DNA from: Octopus vulgaris
Taxonomy: Eukaryota
Direction of reading: 5' to 3'
Assembly (NCBI GenBank): GCA_951406725.2
Contig: OX597821.1
Span: forward strand, 92,628,001 to 92,692,000
Length of the DNA stretch: 64,000 nucleotides
The position numbers and the translations under genes were made by a program. Below are positions 1-12,116 of the stretch, one piece after another. The notes under the pieces are model-generated. The model saw only the letters and a list, made by a program, of their open reading frames with translations. It was not told the DNA's origin and did no database searches. Position 1 is the stretch's first letter, and the number at the start of each line of letters is the position of its first letter.

Positions 1-1189
1 TCTGGCTCTGTGCGGTTCATATCAATTTTTAACTTTTCAACTTGCAAAGGTGTATTATTTGCAATATGTAGGACCATACTGGTTCATTTTGTATATTTTG
101 AGAGCCATAGGCAACATATCTATAATTTAATTTTTAAATAAGTTTAATTAGATCTGTTTTACACTGTTCAAGGTCTTTTATTATTGATAGAGTAGGGTCG
201 TAACTCAAAAGTGAATCTTATTGTCTACTATTAGTGTATTCAATCGCATCAGGAATCAATCAATTCAATACCAGCGATATTTTGTGGTTGAAACAATTAC
301 CTTTATCCACCCTGCCATTAAAAACTGACATGTGTCTCCTGTCAAAAGAAAGGGGGGGGGGGGAAACCCCATTTTTCTTTATCTTTTCTGAATTTCTGAA
401 AATTTTCTTGTAGGTACCGCAATTGCAATATTTTCTTATATGTACAGATTTATATTCTTATTGTATAGAAAATGATTTATTAGGTTCTTGCTAACCCTTG
501 CTCTAGAGTATTACCATTTTCTGTCAATTCACCATTCTCAGAGTAACAGTGATCGTGTTGATTCTGAAAAATTACATTATGGTGTTAAGGATAGAAAGAA
601 AATGAAGGGGGGACTACAAATGAAGTTAGGATATTCTTTTACTTTTAGTTTAGTTTGCTTCATTTTCAATAGTGTTGTTTTTATGTATTACAGTTGAGTT
701 TAACATGGATGTAATAAACGTGATATATCTCCCTCACACTGGGGGCTGCAGTGTTTATGGCTAAATACTTCAATAACCATGAGTATTGCATATTCTCTGA
801 AAAAGTTGCATTTTTATATTTATTTATTTATTATTATTTTTTTTTATAATTGATTCATGTTTCGCTTTGAATATTAACCTTTCTGCCACCTTATTTGAAA
901 GCTTCAATAGATAGACATGTTCTAGTTTTCCACCATAGTCTCCCTAGGTATGCCAGAATGTTCATAAAACTGCTGAAGATCAGTGAAGAGCAGAAAAGCG
1001 ATCTTAAGAAGCTCAGAAAAAAATAGCCATCAAAAGTGCTTGGATGATGAGGATTATTTAATAATTTTATATGGGAATTAAAGAAAACATCATTGTCAGG
1101 AATATGGTAAACTATACACAAATACACTGTCTTCAAGAATACTATGATGATAATAATATTCATTTAATTTTCAGTAAATTATCAATTTA

Positions 1190-1646
1190 ACCCTTAGGGA
1201 TTAACCATACTTAGGGGTTAGCCATACTTAAATGGCAAATATACGTCATGATGTGTTGTAGCTACTGTTTATAACTCGCTCTGAGATTTATTATTGCTTA
1301 TTTACACTTTTTCGATATCAGTATCTATCGATACTGGAAAAAAGTATAAGTAATTGTGAAGGGAACTTACTTCTCATTGAAAACTGTGATTGTCACATGC
1401 CAATGACGGGTCAATACCCAGAAACTCGAGTCCGTGTGTATCATAAGTTGAAGACAGGAAGAATAGCTTCCCTTTGCAAATACTGATAGGACACAGAAAG
1501 TGTGTCTATAGCCAGCTGGAGGAGGTGTCCTCCTGGGGCTACAAACTACAGTAGCATCCACCCTTAGGGGTTAGCCATACTTAAATGGCAAATATACTCC
1601 ACGATGTGTTGTAGCTACTGTTTATAACTCGCTCTGAGATTTATTA
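1190..1646 (+). mobile_element. Non-autonomous hammerhead-bearing retroelement (Penelope-like pseudo-LTR / retrozyme type), direct-repeat form
   Basis: 10-bp TSD TATCAATTTA at 1180-1189 and 1647-1656; ~84-bp direct repeat (1210-1293 vs 1563-1646, period 353); no credible coding frame; HHR motif inside; homologous to 51947-52342. Confidence 0.8.
1394..1438 (+). ncRNA. Type I minimal hammerhead ribozyme with degenerate core
   Basis: cacatg-CCAATGA (for CUGAUGA)-c gggt caat accc a-GAAA-c TCGA g-TC-cgtgtg; stems I and II pair; palindromic loop III. Confidence 0.7.
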
Positions 1647-2319
1647 TATCAATTTATAGTTATTCACAAACTATATTTCAGAAGACGATGTTCCTACCTG
1701 TGTTTAATTTAACATCATTTTTGATCGATTGAAATTTGTGGAGTTCTTCTCTTTGCCTCTTGTGAGATTAATATTTCCTTAACGTTAGTGAATGTTCTTG
1801 TCATTACAGCTACAATTTCATATGATTGTAAATTATTTTCAGCTCACACCATATGGTAGGTTATACTTGACTACATGTTCTTCATGCTTGAGACACATGT
1901 GGGATATTTTCCAATGACGTTTTTAATAAGATATTGTTATATTCTTTCATCAACACAGAGGTAATTTTTTACTCTTGTCTCTTTATATACTCACTCTTGA
2001 ACCACTACAGTGGAAACAAGAGATGTTGAGGGGCATCCAGCACAAACTAGGATGTGGAAGGACTATGTTGGAATATGCAATGACTTCTCTATCGTTATGT
2101 AACACATCAGGCACATCAAGAGGTTCAGCACCACTCAAAGGAATCACAAAGTGGTGATAGGAGCAAAAACAACCAAGAAAAGTCAATGGCTTTGCAGAAT
2201 GGCACATAGAGAGACTGGCCTTCTACGAATTTCATTTTAATAGGTAACGATGCAGTACAAGGTCAATGCTAATCAAAATGAACAGGGGATATGACTAAAA
2301 ATTTTTTGATTAATTACAA

Positions 2320-2652
2320 CTCTCTTTTACTCTTTACTCTTTTACTCTTTTACTTATTCTATCGGACTCTTTTGCCGAACCGCTAAGTAACAGGGACATA
2401 AACACACTAGCATCGGTTGTCAAGCAATGCTAGGGGGACAAACACAGACACGCAAACACACATATACATACATATATATACATATATACGACAGGCTTCT
2501 TTCAGTTTCAATCTCCCAAATCCACTCACAAGGCTTTGATCGGCCCGAGGCTATAGTTGAAGACACTTGCCCAATGTGCCACGCAGTGGGACTGAACCTG
2601 GAACCATGTGGTTGGTAAACAAGCTACTTACCACACAGCCACTCCTGCACCT
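2320..2652 (-). mobile_element. tRNA-derived CORE-type SINE (family A), internally deleted
   Basis: Pol III-like head (rc GGAGTGGCTGTGTGGTAAGTAGC...GGTTCAGTCCC), (CTCTTTTA)n tail on +; homologous to 14913 and 39786. Confidence 0.85.
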
Positions 2653-2854
2653 GAGAAAAAAGAAACTAAATAGAAATACAATGCAGTGTAGTGTTAATTG
2701 ATGTTTGGCAGTATTGTAAGATCACTGGACATGTTTTTAGTCTTACTGGACTTTCTCAGCAGGGTATAAGCTAACTGTTGCTTTCAGATCTTACAATGAC
2801 AACACGGACAGTATATATTACAGATTTTGATGGATGAATCTTGAAGATGACAAA

Positions 2855-3058
2855 CTGGCTGAGTAGTTAAGATAGCAGGCAAGATGCTTAGAAGCATTCT
2901 GGCAATCTGTATGTTCCTCTAAGATTGTTATTACCTTTCATCCTTTTGGAGTTGATAAAATAAGTACCCATCGAGTACTGAGGTTGACATAGTCAACTTG
3001 GCCTCTCCCCACCACCGAAAAAAAAACCCTGCTGGCCTTGTGACAAAATTTGGAACCA
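2855..3058 (+). mobile_element. Degenerate Nin-domain-like SINE (family C)
   Basis: CCTTTCATCCTTTTGGAGTTGATAAAATAAGTACC core. Confidence 0.7.
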
Positions 3059-3400
3059 ATACATGAATACTACTTGTCATGTTATTTTAGGAGACTAACA
3101 AGAGGAAAACACCCAGAGGTGCTGGTTCTTTGTCAAGGAGAGAGAGCCAAGTGTGTGTAAACAGAATGGGAAGAGGAAAGTTTTAATTGTTTAAAATTAG
3201 CCATTTTGGATTTGCAGCATCATTTTGGATTCACAGTTCAAATGTCTTCTAGTTGACATGTTCAACCAAAAGACATTTGAACATTTTTCCTTGGGAAAAG
3301 TGTGAGCCCTTCAAAATCCCATGTCTTTTACATCTCAAATATTTCATGTAAAGAGATGTAATGAAATAACCAGTAGCACTATTAACAGTCATGTAAAAAT

Positions 3401-3438
<38 letters not shown>

Positions 3439-3513
3439 GCTACTACTGCTACTGCTGCTGCCACCACCACTACCTTCACCACCACCACCACCACCACCAC
3501 CACCACCACCACC

Positions 3514-3577
<64 letters not shown>

Positions 3578-3778
3578 ATAATAATAATAATAATATCAAC
3601 ATTACTACTACAACTACAACTACCACTGCTACCACCACTGCTACCACCACTGCTACCACCACTGCCACTACTACTAGTACTACCATCACCACTAGTACAA
3701 CTAAAATTATACTAATACTACTAATACTATTGCTGCTACAACAGTTGCTGCTGCCTCTACCATTGCTGTTAGTAATAT

Positions 3779-3813
<35 letters not shown>

Positions 3814-4430
3814 TCACCACTACTGCTGCTGCTGCTGCTACTGCTGCTACTACACCTGCTATTGCAATTACTATTGCTACTAATTAGGAGCCAACCTGCA
3901 ATTTTTAAGAAAAAATAAAAAGAAAAAGAAAAAAAAATGAATGTTTTCTTGCCTAGTTCTGAAACAAGGAATACAGAGATAGCAGGGGGGTGGAGGAAGT
4001 GATGGCGGTGGTGGTGGTGGTGTTGGTGCCGGTGGAGGTGGTGCAGTCAAAGAGAAGATAGAAGTGTGATTTCCATTGATATTGTTGATACTGTTATGGT
4101 AGTGGTAGTGGTAGTGGTAGTGATGGATGTATTGGTGTTGGTTATGTGGTGCTGGTTGTTTTAAGTGAGTGTAGGGTGGGGGTTGTTTTTTTTTTTTGTT
4201 GTTATTGTCTTTTTTTTTGTTTTGTTTTTTTTTTTTTTTTGCTTTTGTGTGTCTGATAATTATAGACCTTTATTTCACTCTTCATTATTCCATGAACAAA
4301 AGCTTAATGATCTCCTTTGTGTTCAGTTTAACTTATTCCATAATGGCTGTGGGTGGTGGAGGTGGTGGTGGTGGTGGTGGTGGTGGCGGTGGTGGTGGTG
4401 GTGGCTGTGGTGGTAGTGGTGGTGGTGATG
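3401..4430. repeat. Compound trinucleotide microsatellites (CTA/CAC/CTG)n then (GGT)n
   Basis: Direct reading. Confidence 0.95.
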
Positions 4431-4479
4431 AGGATGAGTGGGTAAGTGGTTGTGTATTTGTGTGTTGTGTGTGTCTACA

Positions 4480-4585
4480 CATAGGTATGTATGCATGCAT
4501 GTATGTATGTATGTATCAACGTATATATATATGAAAATACATAAATATATGTCATATATGAATATATATACCTTACATTTATATG

Positions 4586-4619
<34 letters not shown>

Positions 4620-4822
4620 GGACGCTAAATGATGATGATGATGATGATGATATATATATATATATATATATATACATACATACATACACATACATATATA
4701 CAATTATTTATGTGTGTGTATGTGTGTGTGTGTATGTATTTATGACGAGGGAGAGTGTGAGAAAGAAAACACGATGTGAAAGTGTCAGTTTGATATATGC
4801 TTATATATACATAAAACACACC

Positions 4823-4858
<36 letters not shown>

Positions 4859-4902
4859 CATACTCATATGCAAATGCACATACATGCACACATATATTTG
4901 TG

Positions 4903-4942
<40 letters not shown>

Positions 4943-5021
4943 CACACATATATATGCATGTAAGTATATATATATATATATGTATGTATGTATACATGTA
5001 TGCATATATGTATATATATAC

Positions 5022-5052
<31 letters not shown>

Positions 5053-5286
5053 AAGCATATATACATCCAATGTATGTATGTAAGTATATGTACGGGTGAG
5101 ATACATAAAAAAAACGAGAAGTGCTCAACCAATTTATATATGTGTCTTAGTATGTGCGTGCATGTACACATACTGGTGAGCATGTGGACAACTACATGAT
5201 TACGTATTTTAGATGTATAGATAGATATGAATATATAGAGTTATATATACGCATGTATTTAATACATACACATATGCACAAGCATG

Positions 5287-5326
<40 letters not shown>

Positions 5327-5513
5327 TATGGACACACTATTATGCAAACAGTAATATATGCACATATTTATATACAGTTTTTTATATATATATATATATA
5401 CATACACATACATACATGCATACATACATGCATACATACATGCATACATACATACACGCATACATACAGTCATATACATGTGCATATATCATTTTACAAA
5501 TACATACACATGA

Positions 5514-5581
<68 letters not shown>

Positions 5582-5668
5582 GCATACATATATATATATA
5601 TATATGAATATAATAAATAAATATATACATATATAAATGTCTATGTATACATACATAAATATATATCA

Positions 5669-5701
<33 letters not shown>

Positions 5702-5706
5702 AATAC

Positions 5707-5737
<31 letters not shown>

Positions 5738-5910
5738 CATACATACATACATAGTTAGACAAATATATAGATAGATGTATAAATGCATATATGTATATAC
5801 ATGTACATCCATATACATGTATACATACATATGTATATACGTATGTAGGTATGTATGTATGTATGTATATATGTATGTATGTATGTATGTTTGTATGTAT
5901 GTGTGTATGT
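4480..5910. repeat. Compound (TA)n/(CA)n/(TACA)n/(TAGA)n microsatellite field
   Basis: Direct reading; explains the YI/HT-rich ORFs. Confidence 0.95.
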
Positions 5911-7509
5911 TACAACAACATCTCTTCCTCGCAATTCTCTGTGACAATCTGGATATTTCAATGTATTTATTTCCTCAGTTTTTCTCTCGTCCCCGCCTCC
6001 TTTTTAAACAACAATTCATGTCATGTGCGTTAACAATTTTTTGTCAAATGTGTTAACTGTTTCTTATCTCCTCATAATTTTTTTCAAAAAAAATAACACA
6101 CACACACACAAAAAAAAAGAATTATAATTTTTAAAATCATTTCCATAAGATTTTTTCGAAAAATTTTAATTTATTAATTTATATTTTCACTTTTTATAAT
6201 TCACAGCTTTTTTTAAAATTTTGCTTGTAATTTTTATTTTTATGTTATTTTATTTCTCCTGTTTTTCTATATTCTTCTTTTCTAAATGTACAAATGCAGA
6301 GGTATGAGGGTGTGTGTGTGTGCGTGTGTATGTGTGTGTGGTACCATATGAAAATATACACACCATTAATTAGTGGGTAGTTATCCTCCTCCTCCCTCCG
6401 CTTCCTCCTCCTTCTTCAATTCTTTCTTTTTCTCTTCCTCCCTACCTTTCAGGTAACCACATCTCCATCTCTCCTCTCTTTATACTTGCTATTTTTTAAA
6501 ACTTTTTCTCATCCTTTCACTTGTCCCTTGTTAAATCATGACAACCTCAACCCCCCCACCACCACCACCACAGCACCACTATATTACGAACACTGCGCAA
6601 GCCACCGCCACCTTCGCCATCCACATAACCATACATCATTATCATCACCTCCACCAGCACCACCTCAGCTACCTCTGCCAACCGCATAATCACTATTACT
6701 CCTATCTGCACCATACATTTCCTTCAATAACCACAAAACTAATACCAAAAGAACAACACTCCACCGCAGAACCCATCATCAGTACAACAACCACCAACAC
6801 CACCATCACCATAATTACCTCTTTCACTACTATCACCTGCACATCTACTACCAAACACTGCCATAGTCACCATCCTTGTCACCATCACCATAATCATTAT
6901 CCCTTTCAATGTCACCAGTAACACTTACAAACACTGCCATCACCAATACCACCAACACCCCCAGGCCAAAACCAACACCAACACCACCACCACCATCCTT
7001 AGCACCATTGTAAGAAACTGTCATTCTGTCTTTAACACTATATGACTGACAGCACCATTCTAAGAAACCATTATTTTGCCATAAACACTATATGACAAAT
7101 AACTACCAATCCGACCTGTATGGAATAACAAAAAATTCTCCATTGCTATCATGCATGCTCCAGCTCCAATCCACCATGACCATCTCTCCTGTGATCAACC
7201 AACAATTATCGATATAATGCCACCATTTATGGAGGCAAGCTGGCAGAATCATTAGCATGATAGCCAAAAATACTGATTGGCATTTCGTCCATCTTTGTGT
7301 TCTGATTTCAAATACCTTCAAGATTGACTTTGCTTTTCATCTAAAAGTTCTACCACATCATCTCCATCTCCATCGTCTTCATTTCTGCCTTACCATTACC
7401 TCTATATTGACCATATCATCACCCTCATCATCATCACCATTAAATCTTTCATGTTATCATCATCATCATTGTCACACCACCATGCCTTTAACATTACTAT
7501 AACCATCGT

Positions 7510-7889
7510 GGAGGCACAATGGCCCAGTGGTTAGGGCAGCAGACACGCGGTTGTATGATCACATTTTCGATTCCCATACTGGGCGTTGTGAGTGTTTATT
7601 GAGCGAAAACACCTAAAGTTCCATAAGTTTCTGGCAGAGGTTGGTGGCAAACCCTGCTGTACTCTTTCACCACAACTTTCTCTCACTCTATCTTCCTGTT
7701 TCTGTTGTACTTGTATTTCAAAGCACCAGCCTTGGCACACTCTGTGTCACGCTGAATCTCCCCGAGAACTACATTAGTGGTACACATGTCTGTGGAGTGC
7801 TCAGCCACTTGCACATTAATTTCACGAGTAGGCTGTTCCATTGATCAGATCAACTGGAACCCTCATTGTCGTAACCGATGGAGTGCCAA
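7510..7889 (+). mobile_element. tRNA-derived SINE (family B), near full length
   Basis: GGAGGCACAATGGCCCAGTGGTTAGG A-box, TTTCGATTCCC B-box-like motif; homologous to 24264-24628. Confidence 0.85.
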
Positions 7890-7929
7890 CTATAACCATC
7901 GCTTAGCCAAACAGTACATCATCATCAAC

Positions 7930-8790
7930 TCCACCATCACCATCAACTATACCAAACCATCACCATTAGCTTTGCTATACCATCACTATAAACATTACCA
8001 ATACCTACACAATGCTATCACCAATACTGTCAACTCCACTTTACCACCACCATCAACCATACAGCACCACCACTATCAACTCAACCATACCACCATCATC
8101 AAATCTACCAAGCCATCACCATTAGCTTTGCTATACCATCGCTATAAACATCACCAATACCTACACTATGTTATCACCAATACTGTCAACTCCACTTTAC
8201 CACCACCATCAACCGTACAGCACCACCACTTTCAACTCAACCATACCATCATCATCAACTCTACCAAACCATCACCATTAACTTTGCCGTGCTATTACCA
8301 TAATCAGCACCGACACCTCCACTATGCTACTTCCATCACCATCAACTCCACTTTGCTATCACCATCACCTCCACCATACAGTGCCACCACTATCAACTTC
8401 ATCATACCATCAGCATCAGCTCTACCATACCATGCACTTCAGCTTTGCTATACCATCACTATGCTTTCACTAACACCATCAACTTTACTTTAGCCATCAC
8501 CATCACCTCCACCATACAGTGCTACCACTATCAACTTCATCATACCATCAGCATCAGCTCTACCATACCATCCACTTCAGCTTTGCTATACCATCACTAT
8601 GCTTTCACTAACACCATCAACTTTACTTTAGCCATCACCATCACCTCCACCATACAGTGCTACCACTATCAACTTCATCATACCATCAGCATCAGCTCTA
8701 CCATACCATCCACTTCAGCTTTGCTATACCATCACTATGCTTTCACTAACACCATAAACTTTACTTTAGCCATCACCATCACCTCAACCA
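7930..8790 (+). repeat. Minisatellite: 156-bp unit (~2.5x) followed by related 138-bp unit (~3x)
   Basis: ACCAARCCATCACC at 7951/8107/8263; CCACCATACAGTG at 8371/8509/8647. Confidence 0.9.
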
Positions 8791-8889
8791 TCACCATCTC
8801 TGTCACTATCAACTCAATTCCAATATCATTATTCATATACCACTACACATCGAAATTAACACAAACCATGCCATTATCGATTCCCTCCC

Positions 8890-9500
8890 AGCCACCACCA
8901 CCACCACAATCACCATCACCACAACCAGCATCACCACAACCACAACCACAACCACCATCACAGCCATCACCACCACCACCACCACACACAACTACCACCA
9001 CCATCACAGCCATCACCACCATCACCACAACCACTACCACCACCACCACCACCACAAGCACCACAACCACCAGCACCACCACAAACACCACAACCATCAT
9101 CACAGCTACCACCACCACCACCACCAACACCACCACCACCACAACCACCATCACAGCTACCACCACCACCACCACAACCACCATCACAGCCATCACCACC
9201 ATCACCACAACCACAACCACCACACCACACCACCACCACCACCACCACCACAACCACCACAACCACAACCACCATCACAGCTACCACCACCACCACCACC
9301 ACCACCACCACCATCATCATCACCAATAGCACCACTGACATCTCAATGCCTATAACAACCTCTACTATCACCAATCGTCGCTACCGCCAACACTACCACT
9401 GCCACCATCAGCATCACCACCATCACCAATACCAACTTCACCATTACCCCTATTCACAACCACCACTTCTACCCCTACCACCACCACCACCAAATCCTCC
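8890..9500. repeat. (CAC/CAT)n degenerate microsatellite
   Basis: Direct reading. Confidence 0.9.
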
Positions 9501-9682
9501 CCTTCCTCCTCCTTTACCTTTCCTCCCCTTCCACATTCCCCTACCTCTCTCATTAGGCAGTCTTTCATTTATCAAGACTGTCTTGTTTCACAGAACAGCT
9601 TTCCTTCTTAAATTTACTAATTTTCTGGGTTGTTTTTATGGTTGTTCTTATAGTATTCTGCATTCCGTGTCACTGCTGCTAC

Positions 9683-9713
<31 letters not shown>

Positions 9714-9801
9714 GACTTGTTATACATTTTTGTTTTCACAGTCAACACAATTTTTCCCATATACACATACCCATAGATACATATGAACATATATGTATAT
9801 A

Positions 9802-9839
<38 letters not shown>

Positions 9840-10031
9840 TGTGTGTGTGTGTGTGTGTGTTGGTTTTAAATAACATGAATCCACTAAGACATCTTGGAAA
9901 CAAGATGATGAGAAAATCAGCTGCCAATGTTTCTTGTATCTTGTTTTCGTCTCCCTTCTCCATCCATTAGGTTTCTGTCCGGTTTTCATCTATTTTCCCC
10001 TTCTCTGTCTAACTTCTGAAATATATATATA

Positions 10032-10334
10032 CTAGCAGTATCGCCCGGCGTTGCTCGGGTTTATAAGGGAAATAACTATATAAGCATTTTTAGAGAGTTA
10101 CTTCCCTTATTTAATAGCAAAAAAATGCATTAAAAATGGGAAAAAATGATGGTAAATTATTTTTTAAATCGTAGACTCATTGTACACGCACGCTAATACC
10201 CAAAAGGGGTCGATATGAGTCACGACTATAAGATACCCGCGTTTGGTTAAACTGCACCGCAAAATGTGGGAGTAGTTAGGAATCTAAATCGTAGGAGACA
10301 GACACTCACACAACTTCACTTTTATATATAAAGA
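10032..10334 (-). mobile_element. Non-autonomous Helitron
   Basis: Minus strand A|TCTTTATATATAAAAG ... CCCGAGCAACGCCGGG hairpin ... CTAG|T; inserted between A and T with no TSD. Confidence 0.85.
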
Positions 10335-10352
10335 TATATATATACATACATA

Positions 10353-10441
10353 TCTTTATATATAAAAGTGAAGTTGTGTGAGTGTCTGTCTCCTATGATT
10401 TAGATTCCTAACTACTACCCACATTTTGCAGTGCAGTTTAA
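10353..10441 (+). mobile_element. Helitron 5' fragment, head-to-head with previous copy
   Basis: Near-exact reverse complement of 10247-10334. Confidence 0.85.
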
Positions 10442-11040
10442 TACAGGTATGTCAAATATTATAAAACATAAATTCTTGATCTATTAAGATTATCTCTGCT
10501 TCTAAGGGCTGTGTCATAATTAATAAATGGCAACTGAGACTATCTCTATATAGAAAGGAGAGAGAATTTCAAGATTTCTCCAATGCTGATATGCTATATG
10601 CACATAGATATACAAAAGTATGTTGTTATCTTTGCCTGCCTATTAACACACACACATTCATGCATATACTTATGTGTGTGTGTATATATATACATACATA
10701 TATATCATCATCATCATCATTTAACGTTCATTGTCCATGCTGGCATGGGTTGGATGGTTTGATCAGGGTTGTACAGGTACACGCATCAGGTGTCAAAATG
10801 ATTGCAAAGCAATGAGAAGCAAGGTGTTATACTGAAGAACATGTCATCCTGTCCAGGAGTCGAACCCATGGTCTGGTGATCATGTGCACAACATCTTAAC
10901 CTCTAGGCCATGTGCCTTAATATATATATATACGTATCTGTGTGTGTGTGTACTTGTGTGTGTATGTATGTATGTGTGTGTTGTATATATAAAGCCATAT
11001 AATTTCCTGCCTCTGTGCATAATGTTGTTTAATTGTGTGG

Positions 11041-11159
<119 letters not shown>

Positions 11160-11297
11160 AAATTAAGAGGAATGACCACTAATAATTTTTAATCTTTGGA
11201 TTTTTTAAATATGCTAAGCCACTGGTTTTAATTGATTAATATCAATTTCTACCCTTAATATTTAATTATATATATATCTACCCTTAATATTTAATTA

Positions 11298-11333
<36 letters not shown>

Positions 11334-11354
11334 TGTATGTATGTATGTATATAT

Positions 11355-11540
11355 CATCATCATCATCAGTTAACATCTGTTGTCCATGCTGGCATGGGTT
11401 GGACGGCTTGACTGGGCTGGTAAGCTGGAAGGCTGCACCAGACTCCAGTCTGATTTGGCATGATTTTCCACAGCTGGATGCCCTTCCTAACGACAACCAC
11501 TCCAAGAGTGTAATGGGTTCTTTTACATGCCACCAGCACA
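11355..11540 (-). mobile_element. (GAT)n-tailed short retroposon (family D) fragment
   Basis: CCATGCTGGCATGGGTTGGACGG and GCTGGATGCCCTTCCTAACG motifs shared with many copies. Confidence 0.8.
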
Positions 11541-11630
11541 TATACATATATGTATGTATGTATGTATGTATCAAATAGATGTCTTATAAAACTATATATA
11601 TGTATATGTCTATGTATATATATATATGTC

Positions 11631-11670
<40 letters not shown>

Positions 11671-11699
11671 TATGTATATATATATGTCTATGTATATAA

Positions 11700-11768
<69 letters not shown>

Positions 11769-11912
11769 TACAACTTATAAACAAGGGCAAAAGAAAAATT
11801 TCCAATGCCAAATATGCCGAAATATAGACTTAATCGTCAATAACCATATAATTTATCACTATAAGCACGCGTCTTGAAAGTAAGCCGATAGAAATTTCTA
11901 AAAAATTTGTTA

Positions 11913-11974
11913 TTATTGGATTGGTCCCAATTTTTGAGTTAATTCATTTGGAATTTTCTCATCATCAGCAATAA
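11913..11974 (-). ncRNA. Type I hammerhead ribozyme with G12>A change, in a small element (~11763-12022) embedded in (TA)n
   Basis: Minus: ttattg-CTGATGA-tgag..aattc caaat gaatt..ctca-AAAA (for GAAA)-ttgg ga ccaa-TC-caataa; stems I, II and III all pair. Confidence 0.7.
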
Positions 11975-12082
11975 ATATGATAAAAAAATAAATGAGATAC
12001 TTACTTGCACCCATGGAAGATGTATATATGTATATATAAATGATGATGATGATGATGGTGGTAGTGGTGGTAGTGATACATA

Positions 12083-12116
<34 letters not shown>

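Noticed and set aside
3249-6056. Many ORFs rich in V, Y, I, H or L
   Set aside because: Translations of microsatellites; the same applies to ORFs at 20-22, 25, 33-34, 37-39 and 59-60 kb.
7510-7585. tRNA-like sequence with A and B boxes
   Set aside because: Head of a multi-copy SINE continuing into the SINE body; not a tRNA gene.
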